A stretch of 63,522 nucleotides of DNA, the filler included, from Asterionella formosa (taxonomy: Eukaryota), in assembly GCA_002256025.1 (NCBI GenBank). It is 5 parts of 5 records of this genome, joined end to end, with 100 filler letters (N's around TTAATTAATTAA, not from the genome) between each part and the next. Parts side by side here need not be neighbours in the genome. Positions count along the whole stretch, not along the records: positions 25,475 to 38,097 come from NKIB01007354.1; positions 38,198 to 50,811 come from NKIB01007365.1; 3 more parts are not named here. One strand, 5' to 3'. A program made the position numbers and the translations under genes. The notes beneath the pieces were generated by a model. The model had not been told where the DNA came from and did no database searches. It worked only from the letters and a program-made list of their open reading frames with translations. Of the stretch, positions 35,788 to 46,396 are shown piece by piece. Within the stretch, counting starts at the first letter, position 1, and each line of letters starts with the position of its first letter.

Positions 35788-36499
35788 GGTGGAGGATGTT
35801 GCAACGATTGACAATGTCTGGATGCTATAAATGTACNNNNNNNNNNNNNNNNNNNNNNNNNNNNNNNNNNNNNNNNNNNNNNNNNNNNNNNNNNNNNNNN
35901 NNNNNNNNNNNNNNNNNNNNNNNNNNNNNNNNNNNNNNNNNNNNNNNNNNNNNNNNNNNNNNNNNNNNNNNNNNNNNNNNNNNNNNNNNNNNNNNNNNNN
36001 NNNNNNNNNNNNNNNNNNNNNNNNNNNNNNNNNNNNNNNNNNNNNNNNNNNNNNNNNNNNNNNNNNNNNNNNNNNNNNNNNNNNNNNNNNNNNNNNNNNN
36101 NNNNNNNNNNNNNNNNNNNNNNNNNNNNNNNNNNNNNNNNNNNNNNNNNNNNNNNNNNNNNNNNNNNNNNNNNNNNNNNNNNNNNNNNNNNNNNNNNNNN
36201 NNNNNNNNNNNNNNNNNNNNNNNNNNNNNNNNNNNNNNNNNNNNNNNNNNNNNNNNNNNNNNNNNNNNNNNNNNNNNNNNNNNNNNNNNNNNNNNNNNNN
36301 NNNNNNNNNNNNNNNNNNNNNNNNNNNNNNNNNNNNNNNNNNNNNNNNNNNNNNNNNNNNNNNNNNNNNNNNNNNNNNNNNNNNNNNNNNNNNNNNNNNN
36401 NNNNNNNNNNNNNNNNNNNNNNNNNNNTTCATATATCATAGAAAGGAGACAATAGTCTGGTAGACACACATCCTTACATCACTTCAGGACGCTTTCAAT

Positions 36500-37030
36500 A
36501 TGAAGTTCACCTCCCGCTTCTTGCTCGGCACTGTCTTGTTCGCTGCCACAGCGACTGCTTTTACTGTGAATCGTCGTGCATTTATTATCTCATCTACTGC
36601 TGGCGCTGCTAGTACTGCTGCCGTCATGACAACCCCTTTGCTCCGCCAGCCAGCCTTGGCTGTGGATGATGTCAACAAAGACTTCATTACAACAGAATCT
36701 GGACTTCAATACAAAATCATTAAAGAAGGGACGGGAGCCATCCCATCTCCTGGTCAAACTGTCAAGGCTCATTATACAGGATGGTTGGATGGCTTTGATT
36801 CCGACAAGAAATTCGATTCCTCTCGGGATCGAGGACGTCCATTTACTTTCAAGGTTGCTGCTGGACAAGTCATTCGTGGATGGGATGAAAGCTTTGGTAC
36901 AATGGCAGTGGGAGAACGACGTCAAATTATCATTCCCCCTCGTTTGGGATATGGAGATCGAGGGGCTGGGGGGATCATTCCAGGTGGAGCCACTTTGTAC
37001 TTTGATGTGGAATTACTTGGTATTTTGTAA
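36500..37030 (+). CDS. FKBP: FKBP-type peptidyl-prolyl isomerase, plastid thylakoid lumen-targeted
   Basis: HYTGWL, KFDSSRDR, QVIRGWDE and LYFDVELL. The leader has signal ATA-F, twin-Arg NRRAFI and an ALA cleavage site. Confidence 0.93.
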   Translation: MKFTSRFLLGTVLFAATATAFTVNRRAFIISSTAGAASTAAVMTTPLLRQPALAVDDVNKDFITTESGLQYKIIKEGTGAIPSPGQTVKAHYTGWLDGFDSDKKFDSSRDRGRPFTFKVAAGQVIRGWDESFGTMAVGERRQIIIPPRLGYGDRGAGGIIPGGATLYFDVELLGIL

Positions 37031-37353
37031 AGAAGTAAAGGAGTACCTGCAGTTGAAGGAGAATCATGCCAGGTCAAGGAAGAGCAAAGGATTTGTTGGT
37101 ATTATTGCTCCCTCATCTCACTATAGGAGGATCACAGGCTTTAGAGATATGTACGACTGCTGTTCCCATGCCATGATGCTAAGCTAAGTAAAAATACTAA
37201 ATGAAAAGGAAGTACTGCAACAATTTTCGCACCACCTATGGTTAAACGTATCTATATGTGCCACATTCATGGCTAGAACGAGTTAATTGTCTACATTTTT
37301 GACAGGGGATTTAACTGCATATCAGAGGTAAAGGATCACTGATATGTTCCTGA

Positions 37354-38097
37354 CTATTGCGAAGACTTTCTCTTCTGTTTCTTTTCCTTCTTGGAAGATT
37401 TCTTTTCCGATTTACTCTTCTTCTCCTTCTTGGCGGACTTGCCATTACTCTTCGGTGTACTCACAGGTGATGAATCCATTGCAACGGCACTTGATCCTGG
37501 GGTGTGCTCATCCTGCGTCATTCTCTCACGTTCCTTCGAGTGAGTTTTCCCATTCCTCTCTTGCTTCAATGTGGTTGGTATTGTATCATCTGTCCACGTG
37601 GAACTACCACCACACCCTGGCATATTCCATCGTCGTTTCATTCCTTTCTTTTGAGGGACATGACTGTACGCATGTCGGACCAAACATTGAGGACTTGGGG
37701 CAGTTTCTACACGAGGTGCAACCTCTGTTTCAGTTTGAATGGCATTTTGATGAACTACAGTCACATGACGATCAAATCCACTCTGGGATGGAACGAGCAT
37801 CATGGGGTCCGAGGATGAGGGAACCAATATTCGAAAGGTCTCATTTTCGATGGAAGGACCCATGACAAGTCCATACGATTCGTCGTTCTTGGATTGAAAG
37901 TGCCCCAGAATGTTATTCGCAACATCCAGTTTAACTCCATTCAATGCAGCAATATCCATTTCTCTGGGCATGCGAATGGTCCAAACTTCGTACTCGCCAG
38001 AGTCAGGAAGGGAAAATGTTGGGGGGTCAAGGCGCAGAGAGTCGCTAGTATTGTGGAATGCCGTTGTTTCGTCGCCATTGTTGCTGGAGCTTTCCTC
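37354..38097 (-). CDS. RNA polymerase I subunit RPA34-like protein, 5' truncated by the scaffold end
   Basis: The frame is open to the gap. It has EYEVWTIRMP..D...L.G (A34.5-like motif) and a Lys-rich C-terminal tail. Confidence 0.55.
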   Translation of the reverse strand, partial: EESSSNNGDETTAFHNTSDSLRLDPPTFSLPDSGEYEVWTIRMPREMDIAALNGVKLDVANNILGHFQSKNDESYGLVMGPSIENETFRILVPSSSDPMMLVPSQSGFDRHVTVVHQNAIQTETEVAPRVETAPSPQCLVRHAYSHVPQKKGMKRRWNMPGCGGSSTWTDDTIPTTLKQERNGKTHSKERERMTQDEHTPGSSAVAMDSSPVSTPKSNGKSAKKEKKSKSEKKSSKKEKKQKRKSSQ

Positions 38098-38223
38098 NNN
38101 NNNNNNNNNNNNNNNNNNNNNNNNNNNNNNNNNNNNNNNNNTTAATTAATTAANNNNNNNNNNNNNNNNNNNNNNNNNNNNNNNNNNNNNNNNNNNNAAA
38201 CCGCTCATCACTTGACGACCACG

Positions 38224-39498
38224 ATGATTTTCTCCCTGGCCCGTCTCGTTCTTCCAGCATTAATTCTATTTGCTAATGGGATCGTTTCCAAGCAAGCATT
38301 ATGCTCGCTTTGTGCGGACGGGTCCAATCCTCCTATTCATGTGGCAAATGTCGACTTGGGACTATCACGCAGTAATTCGCTTGGAGGATACAATCTCAAA
38401 TGTGGGACAACCCAAGCCTTTATTGAAAGTAATGGGATTTTGGAAGACTCCAGCAGTAGTAATTCCTTTGCCTACACGGATTGTGACTTGATCCGTTTCG
38501 CCGGTGTCCAACGATGTGAATGTCCAGATACTGGGATACATACTTGTACGCTTTGCGTCAATGGCGGTGACGGCAATCACGAGGCTAAACCCTTGGACCT
38601 TCGTCTCCGCTCTACGGAATTTATTCCAGACGATGGACTGACCTGTGAAACGTCTCCTGCATTCATTCAGAACAACTCGATCCCTGTGAGAGACTTTCTC
38701 GTGGACAGCGACGGCTCGTTTGTCTTTTTCAGTATTCAAGATTCGGATTGTGCCAAACTACGCTTTGCAGGAATTGAACGATGTGGATGTGTAGATAATC
38801 GCACGTACTACACATGTCCTCTTTGTGAGGTTGGGGGTGGTTTCTTTGATTCATTTAGGAATTTTTCGTTTGCTACTGGTGGAAATACTTGCTACGATGA
38901 AGCGGTTTCTTTGACTTCGTTGAGTGAATTGGAACAGTCCAAATGTCTAACGCATCAAGCCACAACTGGAAAATATTGCGGCTGCGAAAATACATTTTCG
39001 CGATCCCAGTTGGCGTGTCCTTTATGTGCTGATGGAATTTCCATTCCAGATCCATCCAAAATTTTTAATGGACAGAAATGTGGTAGCTATGAATTTTGGG
39101 CTCAAACCAAGTGGGATATTGAAAATTCCAATGGAGAAACTCATTCGGAGTGCTATGATAATAAAAAAATGATCGAAAACTGCTGTGATATTCCGACAGA
39201 ATCCCCTAGTTTGTCGCCAGTTTCTGGTGACAGTGAAGATGACCATGAGACAAAGACACCTTTTCAAGTTCGCGGTGTCATGACGAAGAAAGGAATGAAA
39301 AGTTCGAAGAAGACCAAAGAAGGAATGAAGATTCTCGGAAATGAGACTACTCCATCTCGAGGTGTATCAAAGAAAGTAGTGCAAAATATTGAGACGAAAA
39401 AAGGAATGAATAAAAATACTGCGGCAAAAACAGGAATGAAAACACATCAAACCAAGAGAGAGAAGACAACAAGAATGGGTGCTCATAAATTTCTCTGA
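38224..39498 (+). CDS. Secreted Cys-rich repeat protein with Lys-rich C-terminus
   Basis: Hydrophobic N-terminus, four CxLC..G repeats (the first three ending in CxC) and a tail with KKGMK, KSSK, KEGMK and KTGMK. Confidence 0.8.
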   Translation: MIFSLARLVLPALILFANGIVSKQALCSLCADGSNPPIHVANVDLGLSRSNSLGGYNLKCGTTQAFIESNGILEDSSSSNSFAYTDCDLIRFAGVQRCECPDTGIHTCTLCVNGGDGNHEAKPLDLRLRSTEFIPDDGLTCETSPAFIQNNSIPVRDFLVDSDGSFVFFSIQDSDCAKLRFAGIERCGCVDNRTYYTCPLCEVGGGFFDSFRNFSFATGGNTCYDEAVSLTSLSELEQSKCLTHQATTGKYCGCENTFSRSQLACPLCADGISIPDPSKIFNGQKCGSYEFWAQTKWDIENSNGETHSECYDNKKMIENCCDIPTESPSLSPVSGDSEDDHETKTPFQVRGVMTKKGMKSSKKTKEGMKILGNETTPSRGVSKKVVQNIETKKGMNKNTAAKTGMKTHQTKREKTTRMGAHKFL

Positions 39499-40520
39499 TA
39501 AGACCATGGTGTCTACGAAAAAGCTTTCAGTTTCTTCAGATTTGATACATGATGGTGGTAGTGAATTTGATGAGAAAAAAGGGCATTTATTGATGCACCG
39601 AGGTTGTCTAGTAGTTGAATGCGAGCNNNNNNNNNNNNNNNNNNNNNNNNNNNNNNNNNNNNNNNNNNNNNNNNNNNNNNNNNNNNNNNNNNNNNNNNNN
39701 NNNNNNNNNNNNNNNNNNNNNNNNNNNNNNNNNNNNNNNNNNNNNNNNNNNNNNNNNNNNNNNNNNNNNNNNNNNNNNNNNNNNNNNNNNNNNNNNNNNN
39801 NNNNNNNNNNNNNNNNNNNNNNNNNNNNNNNNNNNNNNNNNNNNNNNNNNNNNNNNNNNNNNNNNNNNNNNNNNNNNNNNNNNNNNNNNNNNNNNNNNNN
39901 NNNNNNNNNNNNNNNNNNNNNNNNNNNNNNNNNNNNNNNNNNNNNNNNNNNNNNNNNNNNNNNNNNNNNNNNNNNNNNNNNNNNNNNNNNNNNNNNNNNN
40001 NNNNNNNNNNNNNNNNNNNNNNNNNNNNNNNNNNNNNNNNNNNNNNNNNNNNNNNNNNNNNNNNNNNNNNNNNNNNNNNNNNNNNNNNNNNNNNNNNNNN
40101 NNNNNNNNNNNNNNNNNNNNNNNNNNNNNNNNNNNNNNNNNNNNNNNNNNNNNNNNNNNNNNNNNNNNNNNNNNNNNNNNNNNNNNNNNNNNNNNNNNNN
40201 NNNNNNNNNNNNNNNNNNNNNNNNNNNNNNNNNNNNNNNNNNNNNNNNNNNNNNNNNNNNNNNNNNNNNNNNNNNNNNNNNNNNNNNNNNNNNNNNNNNN
40301 NNNNNNNNNNNNNNNNNNNNNNNNNNNNNNNNNNNNNNNNNNNNNNNNNNNNNNNNNNNNNNNNNNNNNNNNNNNNNNNNNNNNNNNNNNNNNNNNNNNN
40401 NNNNNNNNNNNNNNNNNNNNNNNNNNNNNNNNNNNNNNNNNNNNNNNNNNNNNNNNNNNNNNNNNNNNNNNNNNNNNNNNNNNNNNNNNNNNNNNNNNNN
40501 NNNNNNNNNNNNNNNNNNNN

Positions 40521-41064
40521 TGTCATGGATGGAATCAGGAAAGGTTGTCACCAAGAAAACTACGACATCTAATGGTGCCTTGTTGGCACATGCAAAGTGC
40601 AATGGTAATAATTGATAATTTCCTCTGTCATGAATGGCATTAGGAAAAGTCGTTACCAAGAATTCCACAACACTGAGTGGCGCCTGGTTGGCACAGGCAA
40701 TGTGCAACAGAAGCAATTCATTCTTGTCTTTTTTCGAAACCGAGTCGGGAAATTTCTTTTGCAAAAACTCAATCACTTCCAATGGTGCCTGATTCCCACA
40801 TGCAACGTGAATAGGAAGCCATCCCAAGTCATCCTTTTCTTGAACAGAATTAGGATACTGTTGGATCAATAATTCCACAATGACCAGTGGCGCCTGGGTT
40901 TCACATGCAACGTGCAATGGTAGCCTTCCATCTTCGTCCTTCGCCCTGACGCAATTGGGAGTCTTTTCTATAATGTGACGAATTTCATCGAGTGAGCACT
41001 GCTGTCGTGTGTTTGTGAGTGCCTGTCTCAAGGAACGTTCACCTAGAAAGGCAGCAAGCATCAC
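40521..41064 (-). CDS. Ankyrin-repeat protein (partial, runs into N gap)
   Basis: Repeated KD..G.LPLH.AC...APL.V..FL...P units. Confidence 0.85.
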
Positions 41065-42184
41065 TGACGCAAACGGCGAACGGATTGTATGAGAAAAAGC
41101 GCAACCAAGAGATGAGAGAGTTGCTTTTCCTTACTGTTCGCTGCACCTTTGAATAAAACAGAGGATTGATAATGCGGTTATGGAATGTTGTTGTAGTTCA
41201 CTCGTTTCGTTTCATATCATTTCTCTTGATGTGTACGCGTTCTTGTAATGGCGATACAGAAAATTTCATGGAAGCAAATATATTCTCTTCTTATATCTAT
41301 CTGCCTTGAGATGGCTCTCAGCGAGCGCGATCTTGACTCGATTTATGTAGGAGTACAACATCTACCGGTAAATAAATATATATATAGCCCATATTTTCAT
41401 TGTGTACTTTGCATTCCTATCTGTACCTAATGACATGATGCTCTAGCTACCGTTACCTGGTACCTGGTACCGTAGAATACGGGTACCCGTATATGGTATT
41501 GTCGTAGTAGCTTGTACATGGTAGCTACTGTAGAAATATACGGTAGACAACCAGGATTCATTTTGTGAAAGTACCGGTATAGTACCAGGTACCAGTACCA
41601 TACATAACACACTAAAACACATCGGTATGTGAGTCATGTGCCTGTTGTGTGTGGTCCTGTCGCCGGTGGTATATAATGTACGATGATATCTGGTATGTAG
41701 TTCGAAAGTTCGACCACATTGAATACAAATATTCGCGGTGCAGTATGAATCTACCACAAGGTGGAGTTTCTGTAGAGTAGGTCTATGTAAGTACCAGACA
41801 AAGCCGACGTTACTTCTTACTAAACCATTTATATTATTCCAGTCCACCCGGCAAAACGATTCCGCTGCTGCTATTACAATCGGTTCGTCTTAAGGTGAGA
41901 CAATGGCGGCTCATCATTCGAAGGAAACGAAGACATCGAAGAGAAGAGGAACGAGTCCATTTATTTGTAAAGAGTTTTCAACGTGGGAGAGAGAATGGAA
42001 GAAGAAAGGATGAATGAATGAACAGGTGGAGTTGTCATGAAGGAAAGACTATCTCGCAACAAGTCTAACGAGTCAAGACTGACGACGTTTGATATATACA
42101 CAGATCCCCTTTATTATTTCATATTGGATGTCTCACCCTCTCTCATTCGTATCCTTAACAACAGTACTAGTCAACTAATACATA

Positions 42185-42388
42185 ATGGGAAAAGTTCACG
42201 GATCGTTGGCACGTGCTGGAAAAGTCAAGGGACAAACTCCAAAAGTCGAAGCTCAAGAAGATAAAAAGAAGCAACCACGCGGTCGGGCCAAGAAGCGTCT
42301 GCAATACAATCGTCGTTATGTCAATGTCGTGAAGGGTATGGGAGGAAAGAAAGTTGGGCCTAATTCTAATGCTGACAAGATGAAGTAA
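42185..42388 (+). CDS. RPS30: 40S ribosomal protein S30 (eS30)
   Basis: [21 protein letters not shown]...[14 protein letters not shown]. Confidence 0.97.
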   Translation: MGKVHGSLARAGKVKGQTPKVEAQEDKKKQPRGRAKKRLQYNRRYVNVVKGMGGKKVGPNSNADKMK

Positions 42389-43889
42389 ATTAAATTAGGC
42401 GAATGGATCTTATAAAATCCGCAAATGATTAGAAAAACAATGCGTACAAACAACCTCTCTCAGCAAAATAAAGTTTGGCAATATGCGGTTACGTATTTTA
42501 TCGCGTTGCATGAGTGATTTGCAAACGATGTAAATGGTTTCATAATTATTATTGTGTTTTGCCCAACCAGATAAATTGTTTAGGAATGTCATGTCCATCC
42601 TCGTGTTCTTTTAACTTGAGTGGAACTTAGCTATAGTACTGTGTAATTGTCATTATGAGGGTCACCCAGTTTGACTTGGTATAGAAGAGAAGCACTATAT
42701 ATTAATATGTTTACTAATCCATTAAGAAGTAGTTGTAAATTGATTTTCTCCACTTTATCATGAGACAGTAGCACCATTATCCAAGGAGGGATGATGAAAA
42801 AAGTCAACTATTGTTCCATCCTATGCAGGGATAGTTGTTCCACAGCTCAACTACTCGTATGAGAACATGATAAACACTACATGTATTCATGACACAATCC
42901 ATCAGCCACAAAATGCTGACACCAGTTGTTGAGACTACACATACCAGGAGTAGGGTTGAAAAGTTTACTGGAAATTCTTTTCATAAACATCATTGACCAA
43001 GAGCAGCAGTAGCGTTGTTGATGTTTTTCTTTAGAATGGCAAGCTTTACGTTCATACATCATTGCTGTTTCTTACTAATATACTAACTAGCAATAATACA
43101 TTACTACATGACTACATGCATGCTTGAGGTACCTGGTACCTGTTGAACCTTTAGTGAACCCCTACCAGGTCAGTGTTTGGTATCTTTTGATAAAGATGTG
43201 ATCAAACAAAGCTCAGTGGAAGATTTGTTGATAGCTGTGAGTCAATTCTGTGATAAGGCTAAAACTTGTTCCTTCAGAGAGCATAGCTACCTTCGCCTAT
43301 TTCAAAAAGTGCCTTACAGATGTCATCTTGCCTGAATGGATAAATGTTAAAGTACACCCAGATGATCAGTCACATGAAATCATGTATCAGAGTTTAATCC
43401 AAAGGGCATTGGAAATTATTACTAGCTAAATTGGATGATTGAACTGGCATGCACAATGAATACAACAACAACTAAAACTGAGAATTGATTGATTGCATCG
43501 ATGCAGGTTTTATCACCTCCGAAGGATGCACAGCCAGAAGCGTTGAAGATTTGTTGCTGTACCAATTCTTTCTGTGTGCCACTCGTCAAAGCCAGCAAGA
43601 TGATGGCCCATCAGAAGGAACTCATAAGCATTAAGGTGAAGAACCATGTTGGCAAGATGATATGTTATGATAAGGGAACAACAATTGAAGCGTCCTCATG
43701 ATGAGATTTTAAATTTCCCTAATCCTACCACTGTTATAGTCATTACTTGACAGCCTGAGACTTAAGTTATATTTATACAGACATATTATAAAATGGTTTT
43801 ATTATTTAGTTGGTATGATGATCCCAGCAGTTCCAAAATTTAAATATCTCTATGACTCGAAAGCATGAATTAAGATAGGCTGTTATCAT

Positions 43890-44480
43890 CACTTTGGCTG
43901 GAAAGGGAGAGGAAGGACGTTTTTGGATTGTGTAAGCTCATCCAAATTGTATCAAGGAGAAGGATACTAGTAGTGTATGGCTTCCTTTCCACAGTGCATG
44001 TGCCTACAAAGTCCCACTCAAAGTGTTGATGTTTTTGTTCCAAAAATATCCTGCTTCTGTTTCAGAAAAGGATGATAGTGGTTGGCTCCTCCCTTTGCAC
44101 TGTGCCTGTGCATTCAAGCAATGCATCACTTGCAGTTGTGGTGCAATTCTTAGTCGGTCAATATTCTGCTTCTAGTATGATGGAAAAGGACATTAATGGA
44201 CGAACTGCATTGAATATTGCTCATGAATAGTAGTACGAGGCATCACCTAGTACTGTGATTCAATATTTGGAGAAACATATTGAATTAGCCTTGGTGATGA
44301 TCAACAGTGAAGAAGGGGTGCATCTTTTACCACCAGTAGACTCTAATAAGGATTGTGTAACAAGTACAATCAGCTCAACACCAGCATTTCAAGGAACAGA
44401 AGCAGGCAGAGATAACAATCCAAGGGCTGAAATGGGCACCACACTGGAGGAGCTTGTACAAGTGACAAAGTAGAGTATGG
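43890..44480 (+). pseudogene. Ankyrin-repeat pseudogene
   Basis: AHPNCIKEKD...WLPFHSACAYK.P...QKYPASVSEKDDSGWLLPLHCAC, broken by frameshifts and stops. Same repeat type as 40521-41064. Confidence 0.7.
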
Positions 44481-45063
44481 AGATCCTAATTTCCTTTGTG
44501 ACATAGGAAGGAGAATCCATGAAATGACTATCACTTTACATTTTGCTGACCAAGGTGCATTGCTCTCATCATACCTGGGTAACTTGTGATGGTCAGTGGT
44601 TGCAATTACATCTTATATTTTACATATTATTTCATAATTATGATTGCAATATATTTTTTAATTAATGCATTTGTATTCACCAAATATTTAAGAATATTTT
44701 AGGGCCTTTGAAAAAATTACGTCTATACCGGGAATACCAACATCAAGGAAAGAATGGCCGAAATAATTTGTCCGCAATTCTACAGTACTGCCTACCACCG
44801 ATACAATAGTTGTACCTGGCACGCATGTGACTGAAAATGATGGCCTCTTTTTCCATACCAGCACACACATCAATCACATCATGTGTGCAATACCGGGATA
44901 TGATATCATGAGTGATAATTATTTTTCAACATGATTTCTGTGGGTGTTGGTCACAAAACGGATGAGACTCATCTTCATATCAAATATTTGTTCCAAGAAG
45001 AAAGTAGTAGAAGAATAGGCCAATAGTGGTTTCTTCGTTGCTCCGCTCTCCATCATCGTCATC

Positions 45064-46287
45064 ATGGCGTGCACTACTAGCAGTCCAATTTTCAAAGTCA
45101 ATAGTAAGCCATTGACGAATGACGATGACGAGGAACATAAAGATGTTGATGATTCTGAGCTCGATCAGCCAGCAGCAGCAAATAATGCCACGACATCGCC
45201 TTGGCCCAGCAAAGAATCGACGGTTCGCAACAGACAACACAATGCGTTTGTGCTCTTTCTAGTAAACGGATACGCAGCCTTTCTTGTCCTCTTCTACCAT
45301 TTGATATCCTACGAAACCATCTTTAGCATCCTTCTGGGCGTTAGTATGACATTGGTAACGTACTACAAAACTGAAGACAATGTGTCCTGGGACGGGGGAA
45401 TTATGAATTGGATTCTATTGTCCTTTGCCATTGTCACACCCATGTCCGCGTCCATTGGAATGGCCTTTACTAGACGCGAAAGCGCCTTGAGGAACTTGGC
45501 AATCATTAGATCGACGTTCTTGGAACTGTATATTGCTCATGCCATTTGGGATTGGTCATCGGCCAAGTCGAAGGAAGTATCTGGGCGACGTGCCATACCG
45601 TTCCCTTCGCTAGAACACTCAGACCAAGTTATGATAGAGATGATTGGGGTTGGGACAGACTTGGAGCGTCTTCTGACACTACCAAACGCCAGTAGGACAC
45701 GATATCGTACAGGATGGGCGCCCCAGGAAGCTCGGGACTTGGTGGAAGTGTCACAGGGACTTGTCACTCAGATACAATGGAGGATGGGAAAGATCACTGT
45801 ATTTACCGAAGTGTTGAAGCACAACGGCCTTCCCCCCAATGAAGCCACTCGGCTACGACAATGGGAACGTGATATTATGTTCAATTTGGATTCGATCCGG
45901 ATGCTCAAAGCCTATCGGACACCACAAGCACTTCGTAGTCTTTGTCGCATCTTTTCGGTTTTTCTTCCTCCCTTTTATGCCCCCTATTATGCTCAGATGG
46001 CTAGAGATATTGATTCATTGGGGATTGGAATCGCTTTTTCTATTATTACCTCCTTGGCGTTGACAGCTCTCTTTGAATGCTTAATTCAGTTGGAGGATCC
46101 ATTCGTTGGACACGTGACACTCGATGGAATTGATTGTTACAACGAACTACGAGTGATATATCCTAAACAATTCTTAATCATGAGATCGCTTTACTTCCCA
46201 AACGCCCCAGAGATGGACACCACAGCAGGACTGGATCCAACAGGGCGAAGCATCGATCAACCAAGAATATTCAAAGATGGTGGATGA
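45064..46287 (+). CDS. Bestrophin-like multi-pass membrane protein
   Basis: Four hydrophobic segments with AFTRRESAL, YRTPQALR and QLEDPF motifs in a bestrophin/UPF0187-like arrangement. Confidence 0.6.
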   Translation: MACTTSSPIFKVNSKPLTNDDDEEHKDVDDSELDQPAAANNATTSPWPSKESTVRNRQHNAFVLFLVNGYAAFLVLFYHLISYETIFSILLGVSMTLVTYYKTEDNVSWDGGIMNWILLSFAIVTPMSASIGMAFTRRESALRNLAIIRSTFLELYIAHAIWDWSSAKSKEVSGRRAIPFPSLEHSDQVMIEMIGVGTDLERLLTLPNASRTRYRTGWAPQEARDLVEVSQGLVTQIQWRMGKITVFTEVLKHNGLPPNEATRLRQWERDIMFNLDSIRMLKAYRTPQALRSLCRIFSVFLPPFYAPYYAQMARDIDSLGIGIAFSIITSLALTALFECLIQLEDPFVGHVTLDGIDCYNELRVIYPKQFLIMRSLYFPNAPEMDTTAGLDPTGRSIDQPRIFKDGG

Positions 46288-46396
46288 TGCACACTCTCAA
46301 TTATTTCTTCATATTTAGGATAACTCAAGAGGTGTATAAATTATGACTAGAATCATTTAATGTAGGTAAGAAACTAGGACCTGTATAATTCATAGA

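Noticed and set aside
27324..40643. Long ORFs containing X runs
   Set aside because: Artifacts of reading through N gaps.
42185..42388. RPS30 lacking a ubiquitin-like fusion
   Set aside because: Normal outside animals.
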